A stretch of 62,611 nt of DNA from an uncultured Candidatus Saccharibacteria bacterium (GTDB taxonomy: Bacteria; Patescibacteriota; Minisyncoccia; UBA6257; UBA11618). The position numbers were made by a program, and so were the translations under genes. The stretch is taken from contig CAYICS010000004.1 of the NCBI GenBank assembly GCA_964362125.1, forward strand, positions 1-62,611, given 5' to 3'. This document shows, piece after piece, positions 49,982 to 61,162 of the stretch (the first letter of the stretch is position 1; the number at the start of each line of letters is the position of its first letter). A model generated the notes under the pieces. The model searched no databases, was not told the DNA's origin, and saw nothing but the letters and a program-made list of their open reading frames with translations.

Positions 49982-50081
49982 GTATCGATACCAATATACT
50001 AATTTACGAATGATACGAATGGGTTACGAATCACAATCGGTATTAGTATAATTAGTATCATTCGTATATTAGCATCGATAC
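49982..50081. repeat. GTATCGATGC palindromic element, copy 4 (inverted)
   Basis: Reverse complement of copy 3 with few mismatches. Confidence 0.9.
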
Positions 50082-50093
50082 CCAATAACTTTA

Positions 50094-50477
50094 ATGTACA
50101 TAGATCTCTTAATCAGAATTAAAAACGCGCAGGCGGCGAAGAAAGAAACAATCAAGGTGCCTTTTTCTAATATGGATTTGGCAGTGGCAGAGCTTTTAGC
50201 CAAGAATGATTATCTTGATGATGTTCAGAAGAAGGGCCGGATGCCGAAGAGAATAATTGAGATCAAGTTAAAATATAATGATGGGGGAGAGGGGGCAATT
50301 GATGGGATGAGAATTAGCAGTAAGCCCTCCCAGCGCGTTTATGCTAAAGCCAGCCAGTTGCGGCCGGTTCGGCAGGGTTATGGGCTGGGTGTTATTTCCA
50401 CCCCTAAGGGCATTATGAGTTATGGCGACGCTCGCAAGGCCAAGTTGGGTGGCCAACGCCTTTTCGAAATCTGGTAA
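50094..50477 (+). CDS. rpsH: 30S ribosomal protein S8
   Basis: DLLIRIKNA, ISKPSQRVY, STPKGIM. Confidence 0.98.
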   Translation: MYIDLLIRIKNAQAAKKETIKVPFSNMDLAVAELLAKNDYLDDVQKKGRMPKRIIEIKLKYNDGGEGAIDGMRISSKPSQRVYAKASQLRPVRQGYGLGVISTPKGIMSYGDARKAKLGGQRLFEIW

Positions 50478-50499
50478 CTATGCTATTATATATAACCCA

Positions 50500-51054
50500 A
50501 TGAGTAAACTAGGCAGAAAACCAATTGCTATTCCCAGTGACATAGAGGCCCGGCTGGCGGACGGCATTTTTTATTTTAAGGGCAAGGCCGGGCAGACCGA
50601 ACTGAAAGTCCTGCCTTATCTTGAAGCCAAACTTCAGGATCAAGAGATTACTGTTAAGCCGGTTAATAATATCCGGCAGGCTCGGGCTAATTGGGGGACG
50701 ATGGTTTCTTTAATAAAAAATGCCATTGCCGGTGTTAGTGAGGGTTTTAGCAAAGAACTGCAAATCGAAGGCATTGGTTATCGGGCTAGTATTGAAGGGG
50801 ACAAGTTAAATCTCAGCATCGGCTTCAGTCATCCGGTAAAATATCAGCCGCCAACGGGCGTGAAAATCAGTGTTGAGAAAAACATCATCAAGATTTCGGG
50901 AATTGATAAGCAGTTAGTGGGATTGGCGGCTTCGCAGATCCGTAAATTGAAGAAACCCGAACCTTATCAGGGCAAGGGGATCAGATATGTGGGCGAGGTC
51001 ATCAGGAGAAAGGCCGGGAAAAAAGCAGCGGCAGCGGCAGGCGCAGCCGCCTAG
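50500..51054 (+). CDS. rplF: 50S ribosomal protein L6
   Basis: SKLGRKPI, GIGYRA, PEPYQGKGIRY. Confidence 0.98.
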   Translation: MSKLGRKPIAIPSDIEARLADGIFYFKGKAGQTELKVLPYLEAKLQDQEITVKPVNNIRQARANWGTMVSLIKNAIAGVSEGFSKELQIEGIGYRASIEGDKLNLSIGFSHPVKYQPPTGVKISVEKNIIKISGIDKQLVGLAASQIRKLKKPEPYQGKGIRYVGEVIRRKAGKKAAAAAGAAA

Positions 51055-51159
51055 TATCGATGCTAATATACGAATGAATGCGAATGATGCGAATAAGCTC
51101 ACGAATGATTCGTAAACCCCATTCGTATCATTCGTAAATTCGTAGATTCGCATCGAAGC
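51054..51159. repeat. GTATCGATGC palindromic element, copy 5
   Basis: Begins on the G of the rplF TAG stop. Confidence 0.9.
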
Positions 51160-51176
51160 CTAAATCAAATCCTAAT

Positions 51177-51512
51177 ATGAAACGAGTTAAAAAAATCAAT
51201 TTAATAAGAGAGCGGCGGGCTAAGAGGACCCGGGCCAAGATCAGGGGCACCACCGAGAGGCCGCGGCTTTCTGTTTTTCGCAGTAATAAATTTATTTATG
51301 CCCAACTGATTGATGATGATTCCAGCCGGACCGTAGCGGCGGCGACAACCAAGAAAGGCGTCAAAGCAGCCAGTGAGTTGGGAGCAAAGATTGCTGAGCT
51401 GGCTAAAAAGGCCGGCATCAAATCCGCTCTATTTGATCGGGGCCGGTATAAATATCATGGCCAGGTAAAAGCACTGGCAGAAGCCGCCAAGGCCGGCGGT
51501 TTAAAAATTTAA
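51177..51512 (+). CDS. rplR: 50S ribosomal protein L18
   Basis: [20 protein letters not shown]. Confidence 0.98.
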   Translation: MKRVKKINLIRERRAKRTRAKIRGTTERPRLSVFRSNKFIYAQLIDDDSSRTVAAATTKKGVKAASELGAKIAELAKKAGIKSALFDRGRYKYHGQVKALAEAAKAGGLKI

Positions 51513-51521
51513 ATATAAACA

Positions 51522-51992
51522 ATGATTCAAGATTTAAGAAGACAAGAAGAATTTAAAGATAAAGTGTTAGACCTACGTCGAGTGACGCGAGTGGTGGCCG
51601 GCGGCAAGCGCTTTCGTTTTCGGGCAACAGTGGTTATCGGCGATTTTAAAGGCCGGGTAGGAGTCGGTGTTGCTAAAGGTTTAGATGTCCAGCAAGCAAT
51701 CGCCAAAGCTAAGGCCGCTGCCAGGAAAAATATTTTTTATATACCCTTAAAAGAGAGAACAATCACTCACGAGGTCGAGGCAAAGTTTAGTGCTGCTAGA
51801 ATTAAATTAAAGCCAGCCAAAGAAGGTCATGGCATGAGGGCCGGCGGCGCCGCCCGGACGGTTTTAAACTTAGCTGGTATTAAAGATGTGACAGCTAAGG
51901 CCTTGGGAAGAACACCTAACAAGTTGACCAATGCTCTGGCAACCCTGGAGGCGTTAAAAAAGTTAAAAAAACATGCAGCTCCATCAAATTAG
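51522..51992 (+). CDS. rpsE: 30S ribosomal protein S5
   Basis: RVTRVVAGGKRFRF, GRVGVG.AK. Confidence 0.98.
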   Translation: MIQDLRRQEEFKDKVLDLRRVTRVVAGGKRFRFRATVVIGDFKGRVGVGVAKGLDVQQAIAKAKAAARKNIFYIPLKERTITHEVEAKFSAARIKLKPAKEGHGMRAGGAARTVLNLAGIKDVTAKALGRTPNKLTNALATLEALKKLKKHAAPSN

Positions 51993-52341
51993 ACCAACTG
52001 ATCGAAAATATCCGAAGCCGCGGGTGGGTAGAGGGGGCAAGCGGGGCACTTATTCTGGTCGGGGAATGAAAGGACAAAAAGCCCGGGCTGGCCATCGCAT
52101 CCGGCCAGCTGAGCGTGATTTTCTTTTGCGTTTGCCTAAACTGCGCGGCTTTAAAAATAAACCGCTTCAGCCCAAATTACCAATAATTAATGTGGGAGAT
52201 TTAGAGAGGCGCGGCTTACCTGATTATCCGGTAAAAATTCTCGGTAGGGGCGAATTAACCAAGCCGTTTCATATCAAAGGCCGGCCGGTTTCTAAGTCAG
52301 CTAAAGAAAAAATAATTAAAGCTGGCGGTTCGGTGCAATGA
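51973..52341 (+). CDS. rplO: 50S ribosomal protein L15 (short); rpmD absent upstream
   Basis: RVGRGGKRG.YSGRGMKGQKAR, LPKLRGF. Confidence 0.96.
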   Translation: MQLHQIRPTDRKYPKPRVGRGGKRGTYSGRGMKGQKARAGHRIRPAERDFLLRLPKLRGFKNKPLQPKLPIINVGDLERRGLPDYPVKILGRGELTKPFHIKGRPVSKSAKEKIIKAGGSVQ

Positions 52342-52624
52342 ATCCCGTTAGAGACAACCATGTTCTACTATGTTTATGTCTTACAAAGCAAAAAGGATAG
52401 ACGCTGGTATACAGGATTTACCGATGATCTACGGAAGCGCTTTAATCAACATAACGCAAATCTACAGGGCTGGACTAAAAATCGTGGCCCTTTTGACCTT
52501 ATCTACTTTGAGGGTTGTAAAAATGTTACCGATGCAAGGTCGAGAGAAAAATATCTTAAATCAGGCATGGGTAAGCGCTACCTTAAAAATAGATTAAAGC
52601 GCTTCCTGTCTCTAACGGGATGAA
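52342..52624. mobile_element. IR-flanked GIY-YIG mini-element in the rplO/secY stop-start overlap
   Basis: 15-bp perfect IR 52342-52356/52607-52621; ATGAA direct repeat 52338-52342/52620-52624. Confidence 0.8.
52360..52623 (+). CDS. Small stand-alone GIY-YIG nuclease
   Basis: YVYVLQS...WYTGFTDDLRKR..QHN...REKYLKSG.GK. Confidence 0.92.
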   Translation: MFYYVYVLQSKKDRRWYTGFTDDLRKRFNQHNANLQGWTKNRGPFDLIYFEGCKNVTDARSREKYLKSGMGKRYLKNRLKRFLSLTG

Positions 52625-53882
52625 CTTCCTCAACGCTTTCAAAATATCAGAGATAAGAAATAAGATTCTTGTCATCGCCGGCCTGCTGATTGCCTTTCGG
52701 GCAATGGCCGCCATTCCTTTGCCGGGCATTGATCTGATCCGGCTTCGAGAATTATTTTCTTCCAACCAGTTGCTGGGCTTCTTAAATATTTTCTCTGGGG
52801 GGGCCCTTGATAATCTTTCAATCGTCATGTTAGGGGTCGGCCCCTACATTACTGCCACTATCGTCATGCAGTTGTTGACGATGATTTTCCCGGCATTAAA
52901 AGCAATGTATTACGAAGAGGGAGCGCTGGGGCGGGCTAAATTCAATCGTTATTCAATTTACTTAACCGTGCCTTTGGCCGCTTTGCAGTCTTATGGTTTT
53001 TTGAATTTACTGAACCAGCAGGGGGTTTTTACTAATTTTAGTTTATTCAATGTTTTAACGATGGTGATTGTGGCTACCGCCGGCTCGATGATTCTGGTTT
53101 GGTTGGGCAATATTATTACTCAGCAGAAAATCGGCAATGGTGTTTCTTTAATAATTTTTGCCGGCATCGTCGCCGGCATTCCGCAAGCAGTCCAGGCCGG
53201 TATTCTTTCCTATGACCCCTCAATTATTACCACCTACATTGCTTTTGCAGTTTTGGCGGTGATTATTGTGGCTGGAGTGGTGTTTGTCACTGAAGGCGAG
53301 AGAAAAATTCCGGTCTCTTATGCCAAACGGATTCGGGGGATGAGGATGTATGGCGGTGCCGCCAGTTACCTGCCGCTGCGGGTTAATCAGGCCGGGGTCA
53401 TTCCTATCATCTTTGCTATTTCCATTTTGCTTTTTCCGCAGTTCTTAGCCCAGATCAGCGCCATCATCTCCCGAGATTTTTCGGTGACTTTTAATGAATG
53501 GGTCAATTACTTTTTCAATAACCAGATTATTTACGGCTTGGTTTATTTTGTGCTGGTAGTGGTCTTCACTTATTTTTACACGGCCGTCACTTTTGATCCC
53601 AAGGAAATTGCCAAAAACCTGCAGCAGGCTGGCGGTTTTGTGCCGGGGATCAGGCCGGGAGAGCCGACGGCTGATTTTTTAAGCAAGGTTCTTAACCGCA
53701 TTACTTTGTTCGGCGCTATCTTTTTGGGGGTGATCGCGGTTCTGCCCAACATCACTCAGATTATCACCGGCATTCAGCGACTGGCGATCGGCGGGACAGC
53801 TCTCTTGATTGTGGTGTCAGTGGCTTTGGAAACAATGCGGCAGATTGAAGGCCAGTTGGCTATAAGGGAGTATGATTTTTGA
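52620..53882 (+). CDS. secY: Preprotein translocase subunit SecY
   Basis: LGVGPYITATI, GNGVSLIIF, PLRVNQAGVIPIIFA, GGTALLIVV. Confidence 0.99.
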   Translation: MNFLNAFKISEIRNKILVIAGLLIAFRAMAAIPLPGIDLIRLRELFSSNQLLGFLNIFSGGALDNLSIVMLGVGPYITATIVMQLLTMIFPALKAMYYEEGALGRAKFNRYSIYLTVPLAALQSYGFLNLLNQQGVFTNFSLFNVLTMVIVATAGSMILVWLGNIITQQKIGNGVSLIIFAGIVAGIPQAVQAGILSYDPSIITTYIAFAVLAVIIVAGVVFVTEGERKIPVSYAKRIRGMRMYGGAASYLPLRVNQAGVIPIIFAISILLFPQFLAQISAIISRDFSVTFNEWVNYFFNNQIIYGLVYFVLVVVFTYFYTAVTFDPKEIAKNLQQAGGFVPGIRPGEPTADFLSKVLNRITLFGAIFLGVIAVLPNITQIITGIQRLAIGGTALLIVVSVALETMRQIEGQLAIREYDF

Positions 53883-53883
53883 G

Positions 53884-54140
53884 ATCCGAATATGGCTGGC
53901 GCAGACTTGCCCCTCCATTACTTTTCCTAAGAGTAATGGGGCTTGCCTTCAGGAAACAGAATAGTTTTCTTCCAGCGAGAAAACTTTCTTCTCCCTCGGC
54001 CAGCGGCTTTTTGTTTCCGCCTGAGGCGGACGATTATAACAAAAAGACCAAGCCCGCTGGCCTCCGGGATGTTCCTTCAGACAAGTCCCATTACTCTTTC
54101 CAAAAGTAACGGAACAAGTCTGCGCCACCCATATTCGGAT
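53884..54140. repeat. 257-bp imperfect palindrome, followed by the 42-bp GC element (54149-54190)
   Basis: ATCCGAATATGG/CCATATTCGGAT, TGGCGCAGACTTG/CAAGTCTGCGCCA and further nested IR pairs. Confidence 0.85.
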
Positions 54141-54240
54141 ATTATTCGCCCGCCTGCAGACGCCTGGAGCGTCAGCGACTGGCGGGCAGGCAGATTAGGA
54201 TCGGGTTCAATTTTTTGTTGTTTTGTGTTATAATTTTAAA

Positions 54241-54828
54241 ATGTCAAATTTTGCTGGAAAAACTTTTATTTTTCTGGGGATTTCTGGTTCGGGTAAGGGG
54301 ATCCAGACTGAGCTTTTGGAAAAATGGCTGACTGGTCAGGGTTATTCATTGCTGCGGGTAGTATTGGGCGATAAAGGCAGGCAATTAGCAGAGAAAGATT
54401 CTCTCTTGGGTCGCTGGGTCAATGGTATTTTGAAACGGGGAGGTTTCTTTCCCAGCTGGCTGGTTTTTAATTTACTGCTCAACACCATTGATGAAGAATT
54501 AATCAGCCCGGAGCAAATTTTAATCATTGACGGCGGCTCGCGGCGCCTGCCCGAGGCGAAAATGATTGATGAATTATTGCAGGAATTGGGAAGGTCTCCC
54601 GCCCAGCCCATTTATCTTGAAGTTTCTGAAGATGAGGCACGTCAGCGGCTGACCAAAAGAGGCCGCGATGACGATCAGAGTCCGGCGGCGGTCAATAGTC
54701 GTTTCGACTGGTTTAAAAAAGAGACTTTGTTAGTGCTTGATTATTATGGCAACCGATTGATAAAAATTAACGGCCAACAATCAATTGAAGCAGTTCATGA
54801 TGCAGTTAAAAAAGCCATCGGAAATTGA
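54241..54828 (+). CDS. adk: Adenylate kinase (short form, LID reduced)
   Basis: GISGSGKG P-loop, IDGGSRR..EA, RGRDDD; follows secY. Confidence 0.85.
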   Translation: MSNFAGKTFIFLGISGSGKGIQTELLEKWLTGQGYSLLRVVLGDKGRQLAEKDSLLGRWVNGILKRGGFFPSWLVFNLLLNTIDEELISPEQILIIDGGSRRLPEAKMIDELLQELGRSPAQPIYLEVSEDEARQRLTKRGRDDDQSPAAVNSRFDWFKKETLLVLDYYGNRLIKINGQQSIEAVHDAVKKAIGN

Positions 54829-55555
54829 AATGATGCGCGAAGGCGGGAGGCTTTTGCGCGGCATCGTCGATAAACTAACAGACAGGACCCGGCCTGGTAT
54901 CAGTTTAAAAGAACTAGACCAGCTGGCGCGGCGTTTGATCAAAGAGGCGGGCGGCCAACCGTCTTTTTTGGGCTATCGGCCAGAAGGCGCCCGGGCCCCT
55001 TACTCGGCGGCTATCTGTGCTTCAGTTAATGAAGTGATTGTCCATGGTCTGCCCGGAGATTACCAACTCCAAGAAGGCGACTTATTAAAAATTGATCTTG
55101 GTCTTTTTTATAAAGACTTTCATACTGATACAGCCGTCACTATCGGCATCGGCAGAATTTCCTCTCAAGCGGAAAAATTAATTAATGTGACGCGCGAGAC
55201 TCTGCGGCGGGCGATTAAAGAATGTCGGCCAGGCAAGCATCTGGGCGACATTGGTTTTGCTATCAACAGCCATGTCAGCCGACAAGGTTTCCGGGTGGCC
55301 CGGAATCTCACTGGTCATGGCATTGGCCGGGAACTGCACGAGGATCCGACTGTTTTTAATACTGGGGAGAAAGGCAGGGGGATGGAATTAAAGGCAGGGA
55401 TGGTTGTGGCCATTGAGCCGATGGTTTGCATTGGCTCTGGGGAGGTTCGCCAACTGGCCGATGAGAGCTATGCCAGCAAGGATGGTTCGCTGACTGCTCA
55501 TTTTGAAGAAACAGTAGCTATTACCAACTCCGGCCCCCTGGTCTTGACAGAGTAA
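54797..55555 (+). CDS. map: Methionine aminopeptidase type I
   Basis: SVNEVIVHG, DTAVT, GHGIG..LHEDP, AIEPM, AHFEET. Confidence 0.97.
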   Translation: MMQLKKPSEIEMMREGGRLLRGIVDKLTDRTRPGISLKELDQLARRLIKEAGGQPSFLGYRPEGARAPYSAAICASVNEVIVHGLPGDYQLQEGDLLKIDLGLFYKDFHTDTAVTIGIGRISSQAEKLINVTRETLRRAIKECRPGKHLGDIGFAINSHVSRQGFRVARNLTGHGIGRELHEDPTVFNTGEKGRGMELKAGMVVAIEPMVCIGSGEVRQLADESYASKDGSLTAHFEETVAITNSGPLVLTE

Positions 55556-55649
55556 GGGCTATTATTCTAATATAATATTAGCTCCTGTAGTCCGCCTTAA
55601 GGAGGCGGGTCGGAACAGGGAGTCGAAAACTCTTTTCAGGAGACCTCTT

Positions 55650-56003
55650 ATGAAGAGGTTGTTGATGTTAGCCAGTCTGGTGGTGCTGGGGATGGCCGGC
55701 GGCGTGCGCGCCGGGGATGAGCCCCTTCTCCAGGCCCGCCTGCAGACGCCTGGAGCGTCAGCGATTGGCGGGCAGGCCCGGGCCTGGGCTGAGGAACAGC
55801 CGGCGGCAGTGAGCTGTTGTCCGCTCTGCGGCGCAGTTCATACCACCGGTCGGCTTCTCTGCGCCAGTGTCACCACTGTCGGTGACGCCGCTGTCTCGAC
55901 CGTGAGGTTCACGGTTAAGGCCAGCAAGCGCTTTGGCCAACAGACTGCTGGGGGCGTCAGCGCCTTCTGGCGGCGCACCAAGGCGCGCTTCTCCTGTAGG
56001 TAG
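55650..56003 (+). CDS. Hypothetical secreted protein carrying an in-frame 42-bp repeat (55735-55776)
   Basis: AGGAG RBS, signal peptide ending VRA, CPLC motif. Confidence 0.5.
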   Translation: MKRLLMLASLVVLGMAGGVRAGDEPLLQARLQTPGASAIGGQARAWAEEQPAAVSCCPLCGAVHTTGRLLCASVTTVGDAAVSTVRFTVKASKRFGQQTAGGVSAFWRRTKARFSCR

Positions 56004-56024
56004 CAGCGCCTCTGTCCCTGTCAA

Positions 56025-56066
56025 CGCTCTCCGGTTACTCCAATGGGGTAGCCGGAGAGTTTTTTA
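56025..56066 (+). terminator. Intrinsic terminator
   Basis: CTCTCCGGTTACT/GGTAGCCGGAGAG stem plus T6. Confidence 0.7.
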
Positions 56067-56159
56067 TCAGATTTTTTTATCCGCAGCCCCCTTGACATCT
56101 CTGGCCAGCATTGTTCTGCGGGCATTTCTAGCGATAGCGTGCTGACTAGGTGTGGGGGT

Positions 56160-58582
<2,423 letters not shown>

Positions 58583-58586
58583 TCAC

Positions 58587-58892
58587 ATGTCGATTATTGA
58601 TAAAAAATCACTTCAGCACCTAGCTAAATTGTCTCGGCTGGAATTGACTGCGGCTGAATCCTCAAAGCTGCTTCAAGACTTGCAGGAGATTTTGAATTAT
58701 TTTGAAGAATTAAAAAAAGTTAATACAGAAAAAGTCGAGCCGATGACCGGCGGCCATCGGTTAGTTAATATTTTTCGCGAGGATGTTTTAGATCTGGATC
58801 GCCGCTCTCAGACCATCAGCGACCCGGGAAGAATTATTGAAGCTTTCCCTGAAAGTGAACGGGGCTTTAACAAAGTATCAAGAGTGCTATAG
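58587..58892 (+). CDS. gatC: Asp/Glu-tRNA amidotransferase subunit C
   Basis: HLAKLSRL, ILNYFEEL, FREDV; upstream of gatA. Confidence 0.93.
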   Translation: MSIIDKKSLQHLAKLSRLELTAAESSKLLQDLQEILNYFEELKKVNTEKVEPMTGGHRLVNIFREDVLDLDRRSQTISDPGRIIEAFPESERGFNKVSRVL

Positions 58893-58898
58893 CACTCA

Positions 58899-59003
58899 GT
58901 ATCGATGCTAATATACGAATGAATGCGAATGATACGAATAAGCACACGAATCGATTGGCAACCCTATTCGTAGATTCGCAAATTCGTAGATTCGCATCAA
59001 AGC
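58899..59003. repeat. GTATCGATGC palindromic element, copy 6
   Basis: First 41 nt identical to copy 1; fills the gatC-gatA spacer. Confidence 0.9.
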
Positions 59004-59007
59004 TTAT

Positions 59008-60393
59008 ATGCATCTCCACGATCTCACAATTAAAAAAGTCCATGACGATCTGACTAGCAAGAAATATTCAGCTTTGGAGCTGGTGAAAAATTTTTATAAA
59101 TGGATCGAAACCAAAGATAAAGAAATTGGCGCTTACCTGTATTTAGGCAAAGACGATGCTTATCTTCAGGCGGAGAAAGTGGATATTGCTCTGGCTAAAG
59201 GCGAGGCCATTGGTGAATTGGCCGGCGTGCCGCTGGCGATTAAAGACAATATTTTAATTGCCGGCCAGCTGGCCACTGCCGCCTCAAGAATTTTAGAAAA
59301 TTATATGGCAATTTACGACGCCACTGTCATTAGAAAACTGCGTAAAGCTCAGGCGGTATTTTTAGGTAAAACCAATCTCGATGAGTTTGCCATGGGATCA
59401 TCCACAGAAAATTCCGGCTTCCAGATTACTCACAATCCTCATGATTTAGATAAAGTCCCGGGTGGTTCTTCCGGCGGCTCGGCGGCGGCTGTGGCGGCTC
59501 ATATGGCTGTAGCCGCTTTGGGCTCGGATACCGGCGGCTCTATTCGTCAGCCGGCAGATTTTTGTCAAATAGTGGGACTGAAGCCAACTTACGGCGCTGT
59601 CTCTCGTTATGGGTTGATGGCTATGGCTTCCAGTCTTGATCAGATCGGTCCTCTTACCAAAACTGTTGAGGACGCCGCTATTTTATTTGAGGCCATCGCC
59701 GGCCAGGATTCTTTTGATGCCACTTCCGCTGATGTAACTTACGGGCCGGAGTTGGGCCAGCCCAAATTAGAAAGAATTAGAGAAATGACCATCGGCCTGC
59801 CTAAAGAATATTTCATTACCGGTCTTGATAAACAGATTGAAGAAAAAATTCAACAGGTTATCACTCAATTAAAGACGCTTAAAATCAAATTTAAAGAAAT
59901 CTCCCTGCCTCACACCCAATACGCTCTTTCCTGCTACTATATAATTATGCCAGCCGAGGTTAGCGCTAATTTAGCCCGCTACGATGGCGTTCGCTATTCC
60001 CGCGGCCGCAGTAAAGGAGATTTTGGGGCGGAGGTGAAGCGGCGGGTGATTCTGGGCACTTTTGTTCTTTCTTCCGGCTACTACGATGCTTACTACGCCA
60101 AAGCCCAAAAAGTCCGGGCGCTGATCAAAAAAGATTTTGATGAGGTCTTTAAAAAAGTGGATGTCATTTTAGCGCCGGTTTCGCCCACCCCGCCCTTTAA
60201 GATCGGGGAGAGGATGGCCGATCCCTTACAGATGTATCTTTCTGATATTTTTACCATCCCCGCTAATCTGGCTGGCCTGCCGGCGATTACCATTCCTCCC
60301 GGCTTTCAGTTAATCGGCAAGCCTTGGCGCGAATCCGATATTTTAGGTATTGGTCAATTCTATGAACGAATTAGCAATCAGTCTCACAGCTGA
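59008..60393 (+). CDS. gatA: Asp/Glu-tRNA amidotransferase subunit A
   Basis: KTNLDEFAMGSSTE, PGGSSGGSAAAV, GSDTGGSIRQPA. Confidence 0.98.
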   Translation: MHLHDLTIKKVHDDLTSKKYSALELVKNFYKWIETKDKEIGAYLYLGKDDAYLQAEKVDIALAKGEAIGELAGVPLAIKDNILIAGQLATAASRILENYMAIYDATVIRKLRKAQAVFLGKTNLDEFAMGSSTENSGFQITHNPHDLDKVPGGSSGGSAAAVAAHMAVAALGSDTGGSIRQPADFCQIVGLKPTYGAVSRYGLMAMASSLDQIGPLTKTVEDAAILFEAIAGQDSFDATSADVTYGPELGQPKLERIREMTIGLPKEYFITGLDKQIEEKIQQVITQLKTLKIKFKEISLPHTQYALSCYYIIMPAEVSANLARYDGVRYSRGRSKGDFGAEVKRRVILGTFVLSSGYYDAYYAKAQKVRALIKKDFDEVFKKVDVILAPVSPTPPFKIGERMADPLQMYLSDIFTIPANLAGLPAITIPPGFQLIGKPWRESDILGIGQFYERISNQSHS

Positions 60394-60853
60394 TATCAGT
60401 TCTGTCGTCGGAGGCCTTTGGAATTGGCTCTCGGCTAATTTAATTTGGTTTCAAATTATCGGCGGCCTCCTCTCTCTTTTTTTCATTTGGGTTATTATTC
60501 ATTCCATTCGCAAAAGCGGCTATCACTATATTAAGGCTGATACTTGGCGTGATCGTCTCAATATCAAAAATCTGCCCACGGTTATGGCTAAGCGCGGTTG
60601 GAAAATAGCCATAAAGCATGTTGGCAGTCGGGATCCAGCCCGATGGCGGCAGGCAGTGACTGAGGCAGATAATGCGATAAAAGAATGGCTGATACTGAAG
60701 CCCTTAAAAGCCGAGGTAGAGGGGTTGGAGGGGGCCCAGAGGTTGGCCAAAGATATTAAAAATAATCCGGATCTGGAGATAACCAGAGAGGAGGCTATTC
60801 AAGCCCTTCGGGTTTATAAAAAAGCCCTGCAGTATTGGGGCTTGACAAATTAA
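60362..60853 (+). CDS. Conserved CPR-type membrane-anchored hypothetical protein
   Basis: One TM segment, W..AVTEAD, EA...Y.KAL. Confidence 0.7.
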   Translation: MNELAISLTADISSVVGGLWNWLSANLIWFQIIGGLLSLFFIWVIIHSIRKSGYHYIKADTWRDRLNIKNLPTVMAKRGWKIAIKHVGSRDPARWRQAVTEADNAIKEWLILKPLKAEVEGLEGAQRLAKDIKNNPDLEITREEAIQALRVYKKALQYWGLTN

Positions 60854-60877
60854 ACCCGATTGTCCTAGCATAAAATT

Positions 60878-61078
60878 GGCTCTTCATTTAGTATCCCCCA
60901 GCTGGCGCAGGCGTCTCAACTGCCACTAGTCTTTAAGAGCGCGCCCTGCGCCAGCTCTCTTACACCCGCCCGGGCGGCGGTGGAATACCTAATCTCGATG
61001 GTGGTATCAACCTCCAACGGAAGTTGATACCCCTCGCAAAAGGTGTACATCAGTACCGCCACCCAGGCGGATTTTTTT
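60878..61078 (+). ncRNA. Candidate ~200-nt structured ncRNA
   Basis: Own promoter (TTGACA-N18-TAGCAT, 60842-60871), two long hairpins, terminator with T7; no ORF. Confidence 0.4.
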
Positions 61079-61081
61079 ATT

Positions 61082-61160
61082 TGGCGCGGCCGACCGGATT
61101 TGAACCGGCGATCTTCTCCTTGACAAGGAGACGTGTTTGGCCAGGCTACACCACGGCCGC
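61082..61160 (-). tRNA. tRNA-Asp (GTC), CCA encoded
   Basis: GCGGCCG/CGGCCGC acceptor, TT-GTC-AA loop, GGTTCAAATCC. Confidence 0.96.
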
Positions 61161-61162
61161 AC

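Noticed and set aside
51973-52000. Missing rpmD (L30) between rpsE and rplO
   Set aside because: Absence of L30 is an established CPR-wide trait; it was used only for taxonomic placement.
58882-58897. GAGTGCTATAGCACTC resembling CIRCE half-sites
   Set aside because: Half-sites are in everted order with no 9-bp spacer and lie at the gatC end, not at groESL; likely coincidence.
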